Assembly: GCA_963976765.1 (NCBI GenBank)
Contig: CAXBME010000008.1
Coordinates: 124,001 to 188,000 of the forward strand
Length of the DNA stretch: 64,000 nt
Reading direction: 5' to 3'
From: an uncultured Planctomycetaceae bacterium
GTDB taxonomy: Bacteria > Planctomycetota > Planctomycetia > Planctomycetales > Planctomycetaceae
Part shown: piece by piece, positions 1 to 10,037 of the stretch
Layout: every line of letters starts with the position of its first letter
Position numbering within the stretch: the first letter of the stretch is position 1
The notes under the pieces: model-generated
What the model saw: only the letters and a program-made list of their open reading frames with translations
Told to the model about the DNA's origin: nothing
Database searches by the model: none
Translations under genes and position numbers: made by a program

Positions 1-2
1 AG

Positions 3-926
3 AAGTTCTTCGAGGGGTTTCGCCACACCGCGCATCCCATGGCGATTCTGTCGGCGATGGTCACGTCCATGTCGAGCTACTATCCGGAATCGGACGACGA
101 CGAACAGGATGACAACATCATCCGATTGCTGGCGAAGGTCAAAACAATTGCTGCCTATGCCTACAAGAAATCAATCGGTCAACCTTTTGTGCAGCCGCAA
201 AACAGACTTCGGTACTGCGCCAACTTCCTGCACATGATGTTTTCCGTGCCGACCGAACCGTATGAGGTCGACCCGGTACTGGAAGACGCTCTGAATGTAC
301 TCCTGATTCTGCACGCCGATCACGAACAGAACTGCTCGACGTCGACTGTCCGTATGGTTGGCAGTAGCCAGGCTAATCTCTACGCATCGGTGTCGGCTGG
401 GATCTGTGCCCTCTGGGGGCCACTGCACGGCGGAGCCAACCAGAAGGTCATCGAGATGCTCAGCATGATTCAGCAGGATGGCAGCGGCATCGGCAAGTAC
501 GTTGAAAAAGCGAAAGACAAATCCGATCCGTTTCGGCTGTTCGGGTTCGGACATCGCGTCTACAAGAATTTCGACCCTCGAGCCACCATTCTGCGGAAGT
601 CGGCTGAAGTCGTTCTCGACCGTCTGGGGGTCTCGGATCCGATGCTCGACATCGCTCGGCAGCTTGAAGAAGTCGCGTTGAAGGACGACTACTTTATCGA
701 GCGAAACCTCTACCCGAACGTCGATTTCTACAGCGGCATCATCTATCGCGCGATGGGCATCCCGACGGACATGTTCACGGTGATGTTCGCGCTTGGTCGA
801 CTGCCGGGCTGGATCGCTCACTGGAAAGAACTCCGCAACGATCCATCCAGCCGAATCAACCGGCCTCGCCAGATCTACACCGGTGAGAATCAGCGAGACT
901 ACGTGCCGATCAGCGACCGAGGGTAA
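3..926 (+). CDS. gltA: citrate synthase (5'-truncated by window edge)
   Basis: Motifs [35 protein letters not shown] and YPNVDFYSG; the frame is open from position 3 ([13 protein letters not shown]...). Confidence 0.97.
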   Translation, partial: KFFEGFRHTAHPMAILSAMVTSMSSYYPESDDDEQDDNIIRLLAKVKTIAAYAYKKSIGQPFVQPQNRLRYCANFLHMMFSVPTEPYEVDPVLEDALNVLLILHADHEQNCSTSTVRMVGSSQANLYASVSAGICALWGPLHGGANQKVIEMLSMIQQDGSGIGKYVEKAKDKSDPFRLFGFGHRVYKNFDPRATILRKSAEVVLDRLGVSDPMLDIARQLEEVALKDDYFIERNLYPNVDFYSGIIYRAMGIPTDMFTVMFALGRLPGWIAHWKELRNDPSSRINRPRQIYTGENQRDYVPISDRG

Positions 927-989
927 CCGAAGTTGCTGACGCTGGCTGATTATCCTGTTTGGTCAAAACAACGATTGAGGAACGAGTCG

Positions 990-1580
990 ATGGTTAAGAC
1001 TGCTTCAACAATGCTCCAGCTTGGGACCAAAGCTCCCGAGTTCTCACTGCCGAACATTGACGGTTCGATCGTTTCGCTTGCCGACTTTGCTGATAAGAAA
1101 GGGCTGCTGGTTGTTTTCATGTGCAACCACTGTCCGTTCATTAAGCATCTGCGAAAAGAACTGGCCGAGTTCGGCAACGAGTATCAGGAAAAAGGGCTGG
1201 GGGTCGTCGGAATCAGTTCGAACGACGTGGCTAACTACCCGGACGACAGCCCGGAAAAGATGGTCGAAGAGGCCGCTGAGGCCGGCTACAGGTTTCCGTA
1301 TCTGTACGATGAAAGTCAGGCTGTGGCGAAGGGCTACAAAGCTGCCTGTACTCCGGACTTCTTTCTGTTCGATGCCGATATGACTTTGGTCTATCGAGGC
1401 CAGTTTGACGACAGCCGGCCAGGCAACGGCATCCCGGTGACTGGTGGCGATCTTCGAGCCGCGTGTGATCAGGTTCTGGCTGGCGAGCCTGTTCCTGCCG
1501 AACAGAAGCCGAGCATTGGCTGCAACATTAAGTGGATCGAAGCCCCGGAATACTTCACGGGCGAGCCGGCAGTCGTCTAA
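990..1580 (+). CDS. thioredoxin-fold redoxin (AhpC/TSA-like family)
   Basis: FMCNHCPF, ACTPDFFLFD, YRGQFDDSRP and SIGCNIKW; ATG at 990 follows GAGGA. Confidence 0.9.
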   Translation: MVKTASTMLQLGTKAPEFSLPNIDGSIVSLADFADKKGLLVVFMCNHCPFIKHLRKELAEFGNEYQEKGLGVVGISSNDVANYPDDSPEKMVEEAAEAGYRFPYLYDESQAVAKGYKAACTPDFFLFDADMTLVYRGQFDDSRPGNGIPVTGGDLRAACDQVLAGEPVPAEQKPSIGCNIKWIEAPEYFTGEPAVV

Positions 1581-1630
1581 GGACAAGGACACGGTTAAGT
1601 CGCAGGAAACAGACGGCCAGGTAGATTCTT

Positions 1631-2461
1631 ATGGCACTGACGATTCGGCTTCGCGAAAAGACTTCCATTCCGGTCGAGGTTGATTCGATCCGGATGGACG
1701 AGGTCCGGACTCAGTCGGTCGACGAGGTTAAAGCCACTCTGGTTCAATATGGGAACAGGCAGGTTCCGCTGAGTCAGTTTTTCGACGTTGAAGGCTCAGC
1801 GGCGGACGATTCGGAAATTGTCTGGGAAGGCGATTGCTCACACGTCAAGTTGATCGGAGCGAACCTCGCTGGCGGCAGGATCCGAGTCGATGGTAATGCC
1901 GGAATGCATCTTGGTGCTGAGATGACGGGTGGTGAGGTTATCGTCAACGGCAACTCGGGTGACTGGGTTGGTGCTGAGATGCACGGCGGACGGATTCACG
2001 TACACGGTAATGTTGGGCACCTTGTCGGATCCGTCTATCGAGGCGGCCATCGCGGTATGACGGGCGGCGAGATTATTGTTGATGGCGATGCCGGAAACGA
2101 AATTGGTCACGCCATGCGTCGAGGATTGATCGCGGTTGGTGGTCGGTCCGGTGATGCTCCGGGCGTGTCGATGATCGCCGGAACGATTCTGCTGTTCGGC
2201 CAGGCCGGCATTCGACCAGGGCCGAGTATGCGACGCGGAACCGTCGTCTTCTTCGACGGAGCGTCTGCTCCGGAAATGCTGCCGACATTTAAGGCGACCG
2301 GGGTTTGTCGTCCGACATTCATGCGTCTTTACCTTCAGCATCTGAAGTCACTCGGTTTCTCGTTGCCTGACGGCGCCATTGACGCGCAGTTTCATCGCTA
2401 CAACGGCGACTTTCTGGAACTTGGCAAGGGCGAGATCCTTGTCCGAGCTGACTTGAACTGA
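1631..2461 (+). CDS. fhcC: formylmethanofuran dehydrogenase / formyltransferase-hydrolase complex subunit C
   Basis: Repeated GxxMxGGxIxVxG beta-helix units (GAEMTGGEVIVNG, GAEMHGGRIHVHG, GMTGGEIIVDG) and C-terminal GDFLELGKGEIL. Confidence 0.9.
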   Translation: MALTIRLREKTSIPVEVDSIRMDEVRTQSVDEVKATLVQYGNRQVPLSQFFDVEGSAADDSEIVWEGDCSHVKLIGANLAGGRIRVDGNAGMHLGAEMTGGEVIVNGNSGDWVGAEMHGGRIHVHGNVGHLVGSVYRGGHRGMTGGEIIVDGDAGNEIGHAMRRGLIAVGGRSGDAPGVSMIAGTILLFGQAGIRPGPSMRRGTVVFFDGASAPEMLPTFKATGVCRPTFMRLYLQHLKSLGFSLPDGAIDAQFHRYNGDFLELGKGEILVRADLN

Positions 2462-2473
2462 CTCAGTCCCGAC

Positions 2474-4144
2474 ATGCCCGATCAGGTCAACATTGCCGAG
2501 CGACTGCGCGAGTCAGCACGACTCTATCCGCACCAGAAAGCGGTCGTTTTTCCCGCCGGTCGGGATTCTCGCGGCCGAGTGTCGTATACGCATCTCACGT
2601 TTGCTCAGCTTGACGAAGAGAGCGACCGCCTTGCTCGGGGGCTTGTGAATTACGGCGTGCAGCCGGGGCATCGCCTGGTACTGATGGTGCGACCGAGTCT
2701 TGAATTCATCGCGCTGACGTTCGCTCTGTTCAAGACGGGAGCCGTTGCTGTCCTCATTGATCCGGGGATGGGGCGATCGAACATTTTCGACTGTCTGGAA
2801 ACCGTCGAGCCGGATGGCTTTGTCGCGATCCCGATTGTGCAGGCAGTTCGAGCGGTGAATCGTCGAAAGTTTTCAAACGCCAGACTCAACGTCACCGTTG
2901 GTGGGCGGCGGTGGTTCTGGGGAGGCACGACGTATGAGGAGCTGGTAAGGACGCCGAGAGACGGATTTCAATCAGCAGGTACGAAGACCACCGACCCCGC
3001 AGCCATCATCTTTACCAGTGGCAGCACCGGCCCGCCGAAAGGTGTCGCGTACGAACATGGCATGTTCGATGCGCAGGTCGAACTGTTGCGAGACTTCTAC
3101 GGGATCAAACCGGGCGAAGTCGACCTGCCAGGTTTTCCGTTATTCGCTCTGTTCAATTCGGCAATGGGCGTGACGACGGTTATTCCCGACATGGACCCAA
3201 CGAAGCCGGCTCAGGTTGATCCGCTGCTGATTCTGGAAGCGATCCGTGATCAGGGAGTGACTCAGGCATTCGGGTCGCCGGCCATCTGGAACCGGATCGG
3301 TCGGCACTGTGAAGCAACGGGCGAGACGCTTGGCTCTTTGAAACGAGTTCTTTCGGCTGGTGCGCCGGTGCCAATCGGCGTTCTGGAGCGAATGCTGAAA
3401 TCGTTCGAGCACGACGACGCCAACATTCACACCCCCTATGGAGCGACAGAGTCGTTGCCTGTGGCGTCGATTTCCGGTCGAGAAGTGTTGAGCGAAACCG
3501 CAGAGCGATCACGGGAGGGAGCCGGGACGTGTGTCGGTCGTCTGTTTCCGGGAGTTCGTGTTCGGATCATCGAGATTACTGACGGACCGATCGGGCATAT
3601 CACTGAGACTCGCGAATTGCCTCACGGTGAGATTGGCGAAATTCTCGTGCAGGCTCCGTCGACAACTCGCGAGTATTTCCGCCGGCCCGATGCAACAGCT
3701 CTGGCGAAGGTCGCAGACGATGACGGCAGGTTCTGGCACCGGATGGGCGATGTGGGCTGGTTTGGCGACGACAGTCGGCTGTGGTTCTGCGGGCGGAAGG
3801 CTCACATCGTTGAGGCCGCTTCCGGTCGCATGTTCACGATTCCGTGTGAAGCGATCTTCAACGAGCACCCGCGAGTCTTTCGTTCGGCTCTGGTCGGCGT
3901 TGGTTCGAAACCGAATCAGAAGCCAGTGATTATTGTCGAGCCGGAAGCCGGCGAATTTCCGGAAGCCGATTCTGACCAGAAGAAGTTCCGCGACGAACTG
4001 TTGGAATCCGGCAAGGCATCATCGCTGACCGAATCAATCGACACGGTGCTGTTTCATCGGTCGCTGCCGGTCGACATTCGCCACAACGTGAAGATCTTTC
4101 GCGAAAAACTGGCCCCCTGGGCTGAAGAGCAGCTTCGGAGTTGA
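2474..4144 (+). CDS. oleC: AMP-dependent ligase of the OleC (olefin beta-lactone synthetase) type
   Basis: ANL motif [13 protein letters not shown] plus OleC-like segments [37 protein letters not shown] and [15 protein letters not shown]. Confidence 0.8.
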   Translation: MPDQVNIAERLRESARLYPHQKAVVFPAGRDSRGRVSYTHLTFAQLDEESDRLARGLVNYGVQPGHRLVLMVRPSLEFIALTFALFKTGAVAVLIDPGMGRSNIFDCLETVEPDGFVAIPIVQAVRAVNRRKFSNARLNVTVGGRRWFWGGTTYEELVRTPRDGFQSAGTKTTDPAAIIFTSGSTGPPKGVAYEHGMFDAQVELLRDFYGIKPGEVDLPGFPLFALFNSAMGVTTVIPDMDPTKPAQVDPLLILEAIRDQGVTQAFGSPAIWNRIGRHCEATGETLGSLKRVLSAGAPVPIGVLERMLKSFEHDDANIHTPYGATESLPVASISGREVLSETAERSREGAGTCVGRLFPGVRVRIIEITDGPIGHITETRELPHGEIGEILVQAPSTTREYFRRPDATALAKVADDDGRFWHRMGDVGWFGDDSRLWFCGRKAHIVEAASGRMFTIPCEAIFNEHPRVFRSALVGVGSKPNQKPVIIVEPEAGEFPEADSDQKKFRDELLESGKASSLTESIDTVLFHRSLPVDIRHNVKIFREKLAPWAEEQLRS

Positions 4145-4208
4145 GAGACCATGGAATTCACGGAAGCTGGTTTTCTTCCGTGGGATTTCGTGTGTTCTGT
4201 GGTTCTTT
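4144..4208. repeat. degenerate palindromic intergenic repeat (ACCAYGGAA..CACGGAAG / CTTCCGTG..TTCYGTGGT type)
   Basis: Inner stem CACGGAAG (4159-4166) / CTTCCGTG (4175-4182), flanked by degenerate copies of the same ~9-nt unit. Confidence 0.5.
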
Positions 4209-4242
4209 CTGGTGTAGATCGCGACGCTGATGATGTTGGCGC

Positions 4243-4289
4243 AAAAAAAAAACAGGCCGGTTGAGCCTTGCGGCTCGGACGGCCTGTTT
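4243..4289 (-). terminator. intrinsic terminator of cysC
   Basis: AAACAGGCCG...CGGCCTGTTT stem with inner GAGCC/GGCTC, preceded by an A10 tract (U-tract on the minus strand). Confidence 0.8.
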
Positions 4290-4310
4290 AATTCCTGATG
4301 GCGGGTGTCC

Positions 4311-4916
4311 TCAGACGATGCCGTTGTTTTTCAGGTAAGCGATGACTTCGTCAGCCAGTTCTTCGACCCCCTTGTTGTCGGCATCCAGAACGAGTTCGGC
4401 GTTTTCCGGAGCTTCGTACGGATCGTCGATGCCGGTGAAGCCTTTGATTTCTCCGGCGCGAGCCTTCTTGTACAAGCCCTTGGGGTCGCGTGCTTCGCAG
4501 GTTGCGAGCGAGGCGTTGACGAAGATTTCGACGAACTGGCCTTCCGGCAGGAGGGCTCGAACGGCGGCCCGGTCTGTCCGGTACGGCGAGATGAACGCGG
4601 CGGTCGTGATCATGCCAGCGTCTGCAAACAGTTTGACCACTTCGCCGATTCGGCGGATGTTTTCCGCTCGGTCCTCCGCTGAGAATCCCAGGTTCCTGTT
4701 CAGCCCCAAACGGATATTGTCGCCGTCGAGGACGTAGGTTCGTTTGCCGGCCCGATTAAGTTTGAAGTCGACTTCGTTGGCGACCGTGCTCTTGCCGCAG
4801 CCGCTGAGGCCGGTGAACCAGAGGACGGCCCCCTTATGGCCAGCCAGTCTGCAACGGTCTTCGCTGGAAACGCGATGTTTGTGCAACGTCACGTTCGTTG
4901 CTTTCTGCTCAGTCAT
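4311..4916 (-). CDS. cysC: adenylyl-sulfate (APS) kinase
   Basis: WFTGLSGCGKST P-loop, LDGDNIR, FISPY and RDPKGLYKKARAGEIKGFTGIDDPYE; start taken at ATG 4916. Confidence 0.97.
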   Translation of the reverse strand: MTEQKATNVTLHKHRVSSEDRCRLAGHKGAVLWFTGLSGCGKSTVANEVDFKLNRAGKRTYVLDGDNIRLGLNRNLGFSAEDRAENIRRIGEVVKLFADAGMITTAAFISPYRTDRAAVRALLPEGQFVEIFVNASLATCEARDPKGLYKKARAGEIKGFTGIDDPYEAPENAELVLDADNKGVEELADEVIAYLKNNGIV

Positions 4917-5431
4917 CTGTGGTGCGTTCCTGGAAATCAAAGTGTCTGAGACCGGCGTCAAAGATCACTGCCATGTGTCCTGAACCGGGGTTTGTGGCGA
5001 AAAAGTCGCACTGGCGCGAATCGTAGAGGGCTGCCGATGGCGATAAAAGCGATGGCTGATCAGGTCGGCTTACGAAACCCGCGTAAGCGCGAGGCGAAAC
5101 TTCGTCGTTCCCCCACAACGCTTTCAGAATTCTTTTGACGAGCCAAATGACGTGGGTTAGAGTCCCGGAGCACTGCCGGACTTCCGATACGTCGAATGGA
5201 GTCTTTCGATGTGTCCGGCATTTTCAGACGGCTGACAGTCAAAGACAGCAGCAGGGATCCCAGACCTGCGCAGCGTTGAGCCTTTTGATAAAGACAGCTC
5301 GCTTCGTAGACCAGTACCTTGCTTTGATGAACGCAATCGAAGCACACGGTTTGAGAAAGGCGATACGCTGATGCTGGAGTGCCGCTGCCCGAGCAATTTC
5401 AAGGGCGAATTTTGTTCCAGGGAGGATTTCC

Positions 5432-5683
5432 ATGGGTTTGAGGTTGGATCGGTCGGAGACCGAAGTTGTTGCTCAAGATCGTCTGCTGGAAGCAGTTTTT
5501 GAGAGCGTCCTGCATCGAACGAACGGTCAGATTCGCGATCTAGCCGTGTCAATTAGTAACGGAGTAGTGAAGCTTACCGGCAAGACTTCGCGATACTACT
5601 ACAAGCAGCTCGCGACGAGTGGCGTCCAGGATGGCGACTTTGGATTGGACGTTGAGAACGAAATCTCGGTCGGGGTTCGATAG
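5432..5683 (+). CDS. small BON-domain-like protein
   Basis: GGAGGA RBS; IRDLAVSISNGVVKLTGKTSRYYYKQLA...VENEISV fits the short BON-like proteins typical of planctomycetes. Confidence 0.7.
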   Translation: MGLRLDRSETEVVAQDRLLEAVFESVLHRTNGQIRDLAVSISNGVVKLTGKTSRYYYKQLATSGVQDGDFGLDVENEISVGVR

Positions 5684-5776
5684 CTGGGTTTGCCCGTGAA
5701 GCCGTCTGATTTTTGTCTCGGCTGAGGCTGTCGACACGTCATTTGATGATTGGCGAAACAGCGACAGTTGACCGAC

Positions 5777-7219
5777 TTACTGAGTCCGGCTTCCGGCGAA
5801 TCGGCGGTTGAAGTCTTCCGGGTCGAACGCGTCGCTCTTGCGGACGTGTTGCCGAGCTTCCTGCAGCAGTCGCTGAACGTTGCTGAGCGGTGTTGGAGAA
5901 GTTGCCGAGTCTGGCGGAAGTGACGGCGTATTCCCCGGCTGGGAATTTGAAAGGGCTGAGCGTTCCATCGTTGTTTCGGCAATTTCGACGCCATTGCCGG
6001 TCGAAGTTGTCGTCGTTCCTGCAACTACCTTCGAATGCCCAAACTGAATCTCGTGCAGTTCTGAAGGCTGCATAGGTTCAGGGTTCTCGACAGTTGATGC
6101 CGGAGTCGCAGTCGCCGAGGACCGGTTGGAGAAGGCCGTTGGCTGTGTCGAGCGAAGTTCGATGCGGAGTTCTTTCGTGGCGTTGGCCATCCATGTCTGA
6201 AGAGTCTGCATCTGCACCGCGCCGTATCGACCGTGGAAGATCGTTTGCCCGGCGTGAGTCCGGTGAAGGACGTCCAGAATTTTCGGGCGGGTATTCGGGT
6301 CAGCAGGTTGCAGGTCATTCAGGACGGCTGCCAGGTTTCTTTCTGACACGATCCGCGAGTTGCTGGCACCACTCCGTAGTCTTGTCAGTTGGAAATCGTT
6401 TTCAGCGGCGGAGCCGTGGCAGCGAGCGTTGCCGCACTTGTTGAGCAGCAATGGTTGAATGCTGGCAACGAACTCGCGAGCTGATTCAGGGCTCAGTCCG
6501 GCCAGGCTTCGCACTTCGGCGTCGGCGATTTCCGGCTCTTTTTCGGTGAGAACAACGACGTCCGCTGGTTGCTCAAGACCTGGTTCCGGCGGAGTTCGTC
6601 GACGGATCTCGTTGTCGACCCGGTTCAGCATGAGGCGGGCTGTTTCGTTGGACGGATCTTTTGCCAGTGCGTCGCGCAGTTCCCGGGCGGCTTCGGCGAG
6701 GATGTCCTGACTCAAACACCACTCTGCCAGTCGGAGGTGAGACGCGACCGTGGGCTCGCCGCTCTGAATTCGCAGGAGAAGATACGCTTCGTTCAGGTCG
6801 TCCGCGTCGAAGTGGACCTGCTCGAACGGGATGACGGCGTTGCCGCGATTTGTCGAGACGAGCCATCCGGTCGAGATCTTCTTGATTCGCCCTTTCATCA
6901 CTCGGCCGGTGCGAAGGACGAGAACCCGCTCACCCGCTTCGAGACCTGACGGTTGATTCAGGCTCGAACCTGCCGGGCCGATAAAACCTGACTGGGCTGT
7001 CGCCGTTCTGGTGGTCAGGCCTGTCAGAGCGATCATCGCAGCCAGCAACACCGGTGTAACGAGCAGTAGCCGACGAGACGGCAGGGGGCAAATGCGACTT
7101 CGAGTTTGATGTGGGGCTGACATTTCGGTTCTACTCATTTCTTCGAATTCGAAAGCAGGCTGATTTCTGTCGAGGTGATGTCGCAACGGGTCAGCTTTTG
7201 ACAAATCAGCTTCAGGCAT
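5777..7219 (-). CDS. hypothetical exported protein with TPR-like segment and CX4CH motif
   Basis: 480-aa ORF with a hydrophobic signal/TM segment (LLLVTPVLLAAMIAL), HLRLAEWCL...ALAKDP and QPLLLNKCGNARCHG; the true start may be a later ATG. Confidence 0.75.
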   Translation of the reverse strand: MPEADLSKADPLRHHLDRNQPAFEFEEMSRTEMSAPHQTRSRICPLPSRRLLLVTPVLLAAMIALTGLTTRTATAQSGFIGPAGSSLNQPSGLEAGERVLVLRTGRVMKGRIKKISTGWLVSTNRGNAVIPFEQVHFDADDLNEAYLLLRIQSGEPTVASHLRLAEWCLSQDILAEAARELRDALAKDPSNETARLMLNRVDNEIRRRTPPEPGLEQPADVVVLTEKEPEIADAEVRSLAGLSPESAREFVASIQPLLLNKCGNARCHGSAAENDFQLTRLRSGASNSRIVSERNLAAVLNDLQPADPNTRPKILDVLHRTHAGQTIFHGRYGAVQMQTLQTWMANATKELRIELRSTQPTAFSNRSSATATPASTVENPEPMQPSELHEIQFGHSKVVAGTTTTSTGNGVEIAETTMERSALSNSQPGNTPSLPPDSATSPTPLSNVQRLLQEARQHVRKSDAFDPEDFNRRFAGSRTQ

Positions 7220-7226
7220 GGTCGCA

Positions 7227-10037
7227 TCAGAGTTCCGGAGTGACTTCCGGTTTAATCGCTTCCGGGCCGATCAGCAGGATTTCGTTGTCGGCACGGTTTG
7301 CGTTGCCGCCGGAATTAATCGAGATGCCGGGAAGCTGCGAGGAGAGTCGGTTTACCTGAGCATCCATCAGCAGCGAGTTTGTTCGGTCCCGATCCGGTGG
7401 TCCTCGAAACGTGAACTCAGTCTGCATCAGCCCCTGGACAGAAACTTCGGTGGCATCCAGAGATTGATGCTCACCACCATTGCTTGCCTGCCAGGAAGCC
7501 AGTCCGACCGAGCTGCCTGCAAGGGAACCGTCACCGTCGAACGAAACCCGTTCGTGCCACGAAAGCTGCAATCGGCCACCGGCGAATGTGACCAGTGACT
7601 CTGCTTCGTTTGCCGAACGGCGTCGCAGGTCAAATACGCTCGAAACCGGCTTGATCGTCAGTCGTGATTTCCAGGGGGGAACGTTTCGCAGGTCGATGGC
7701 GATCAGACTTCCGGAATGGCGAAGTGTGGAATGTTCGATCTCGAAAGTGTTGTCGCCGGCGGCTGCTCGATCGGTTGCGATAAACAGGGGGCCGCCTCCG
7801 ATTTTCAACGTGTTGGCGCAGCGGACGTTCTGGCCAGGTGCTGCGAGCAGGACCGAAGAATGAGAGCCGACGAATTGGCAGCGGGAAAATTCAAGGTGGC
7901 CCGCGAGCGGGTCGGAAGGGTCGATAGGAGCCCACTGAATGGCCAGTGGCGAGCTGATCGCTGGCGAAGTTGCGTTTAATTTGCTGTTGGCTGATGGCGA
8001 ATTCGGCGCGAGAAAGCCGCAGTTGCGGCAGGTCAGCTTTTGCGACCGAATCTGCGACAGCGATGTTGGCGTCGACGCCGTCGATGCCAGACGGAGATTG
8101 ATATTTTCCAGCGTCACTTCCGTGGCCCGTAGCTGCAAAGGTCGAGTCGTCACCACGATCGTGACTTGAGTGTCGAGAGCGCCACGCAGGATGAGATGGC
8201 TTCCCGGCCACGAGATTGAGCCGGCGTCGTAGATGCCGGGTTCTGACAAAAGAACGAGGCCGTACGGATCGGGTTCCGGAAGCGTCAACAGCTGAGAAGT
8301 TTGACTCGCCGTCTCTGGTTGACGGCCTGGGCGGGATTCCGGTCGCTGATTCACTCCGTCGCGCGCAGTCGAGGACGTTGTCAGAACGTTCCCGTTCACA
8401 GGTTTCATCGTTGATTCAGTGGTTGCGGAGCCGTCCTTACTGGCTTGTTCTGCGGACAACTGCTGCTCGATTGACGACGTTTCGGTTCCCGCCGCGTCGA
8501 CAGTCGCGTGACCGGTGACGGTTTCCAGCAGGCGTTGGGGCAGCGAGGCCAGCATCACGTTCCGTGACCGGGTGTCGAAGGTGAGTAATGCGGCGACGGC
8601 GACAAGCACCGCCGCACACGCGCAGGCTGTTGCTTTGATCGTTCGCCGTGTCGATGATGATTGAGCCATCCGTCGCACCGGTTGCTGGAACCCTGAGGCA
8701 AACCTGGCCAGACGCCGTCTGGATGATCGGCCTGAAGGTTTAATGGAAGCCGCGGGAGTTCGCGGTCGTCTTCCTGCCGATTCAGTTTTCTGTGTCGATG
8801 CTGAAGTCGAATTTGCTGGCTGCTGGTTGTCCTGTCGATTCGGTTTTGCGCGGTCGCGAGTTCTGTCCGTCAGAATCTCTTTCGCGCTTGCCGGACGGCG
8901 CGATTGCGCGGGCTCGGTCAGCCACTCGATCATTCTGGCCAGTTGGTCGGGAGTGTCGGGAGCAAACTCCTGAATGTCGGGAATTCGTTCGGTCTGGTGA
9001 GCGGCCAGTTTGGCGAGCGGATCTCCCGTCGGGAAAGCCGGACGCCCGGCAAGGATGTGCCACAAGGCGAACCCGAGTGCGTAGAGGTCAGATCGAGGTG
9101 TCGCGGCGGCGCCGGTTCCGATGAGTTCCGGAGCGATTCCGTCGTTCTGATCTGGAGAGACGTGAGCGTTGATCTGAAACTCTGGCTGCAATGCCGGGCG
9201 GATTCCTGCGTCGACCAGAACAGCCTGCCCTGATTTAAGCAGTCGAATGTTTCTGAGAAGAATCTCGCCATGAACGATTCCGGCTTCGTGCAGAGCGGCC
9301 AGCGATTCCAGTAGCTGCCGGGCGATGGCATCGACCTCCGCCGCAGGCAGTCGGCCTCGGCGGAGGAGAATTTCGGAAAGCGACAGACCGTCAACGCGGC
9401 GGCTGACGATTGCCAGTTCGGAATTCAGTCGGTCGGAACTTCGTTTGTCTTGTTTTTGATTTTTCTGACGAACCTGACTGACGCCCGCCTTCGATCCGCT
9501 TTTCTGTCGCACAGAAGCCGTGCCGGTCTGTCGGGACGCCCGCGTTGCCGCACTTTCTTTGAGTTTGTCGGATGAGATCAGTTCAGGCAGCGGTGCCGAA
9601 GAGATCTCAGAGACACTGTGTGGAATCACGATGCCTGGCAGTGAGATTTTCTGTGCTTTTTCTGTCAGCTGTTTGAGTCGGTCGTTAATCGGCTTGCGAA
9701 GTTCGGTCGGCACGATGACCCGTTTGATAACGCATTGTCCCTGCTGATCAGGCAGGCGGGCGATGAACGTTGCGGATCGATGACTTTGGCCGATGCGGTC
9801 TTCGACAATGCACGGACCGATTCGCAACAGGTCCGGCTGGTCGAGTTCAATCGTCTGCGACTGCCATGATGTCAGCACTCGGCGCTGGACCAAAGCGTCG
9901 AGCCAGACTGAATCGAAAGCCGGCAGATCGGCTGACAGTACCTTTACTCGCGACGCGCAGCGGCGAAGTTCGCGGGGTGAGCAAAGCTTCAATCCCAGCA
10001 GAATCTGTTGAAGTCGCCGTGAGGGAGGCTCGACCAC
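7227..10037 (-). CDS. membrane Hanks-type Ser/Thr kinase-like protein (probable pseudokinase) with extracytoplasmic beta-helix-like domain
   Basis: Subdomains CVIKR, LHEAGIVHGEI, LVDAG, IAPE and SDLYALG; TM segment ACACAAVLVAVAALLTF; C-terminal repeats such as VTLENINL, LTCRNCGF, LEFSRCQF and IEHSTL. Confidence 0.8.
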   Translation of the reverse strand: MVEPPSRRLQQILLGLKLCSPRELRRCASRVKVLSADLPAFDSVWLDALVQRRVLTSWQSQTIELDQPDLLRIGPCIVEDRIGQSHRSATFIARLPDQQGQCVIKRVIVPTELRKPINDRLKQLTEKAQKISLPGIVIPHSVSEISSAPLPELISSDKLKESAATRASRQTGTASVRQKSGSKAGVSQVRQKNQKQDKRSSDRLNSELAIVSRRVDGLSLSEILLRRGRLPAAEVDAIARQLLESLAALHEAGIVHGEILLRNIRLLKSGQAVLVDAGIRPALQPEFQINAHVSPDQNDGIAPELIGTGAAATPRSDLYALGFALWHILAGRPAFPTGDPLAKLAAHQTERIPDIQEFAPDTPDQLARMIEWLTEPAQSRRPASAKEILTDRTRDRAKPNRQDNQQPANSTSASTQKTESAGRRPRTPAASIKPSGRSSRRRLARFASGFQQPVRRMAQSSSTRRTIKATACACAAVLVAVAALLTFDTRSRNVMLASLPQRLLETVTGHATVDAAGTETSSIEQQLSAEQASKDGSATTESTMKPVNGNVLTTSSTARDGVNQRPESRPGRQPETASQTSQLLTLPEPDPYGLVLLSEPGIYDAGSISWPGSHLILRGALDTQVTIVVTTRPLQLRATEVTLENINLRLASTASTPTSLSQIRSQKLTCRNCGFLAPNSPSANSKLNATSPAISSPLAIQWAPIDPSDPLAGHLEFSRCQFVGSHSSVLLAAPGQNVRCANTLKIGGGPLFIATDRAAAGDNTFEIEHSTLRHSGSLIAIDLRNVPPWKSRLTIKPVSSVFDLRRRSANEAESLVTFAGGRLQLSWHERVSFDGDGSLAGSSVGLASWQASNGGEHQSLDATEVSVQGLMQTEFTFRGPPDRDRTNSLLMDAQVNRLSSQLPGISINSGGNANRADNEILLIGPEAIKPEVTPEL

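Noticed and set aside
5056..5105. CTGATCA...hairpin...CGAAAC resembling a hammerhead ribozyme core
   Set aside because: The core is CUGAUCA rather than CUGAnGA, and no convincing stems I and III were found.
4920..5430. Short ORFs in the cysC-BON intergenic region
   Set aside because: They overlap on both strands and have no clear RBS or recognisable motif.
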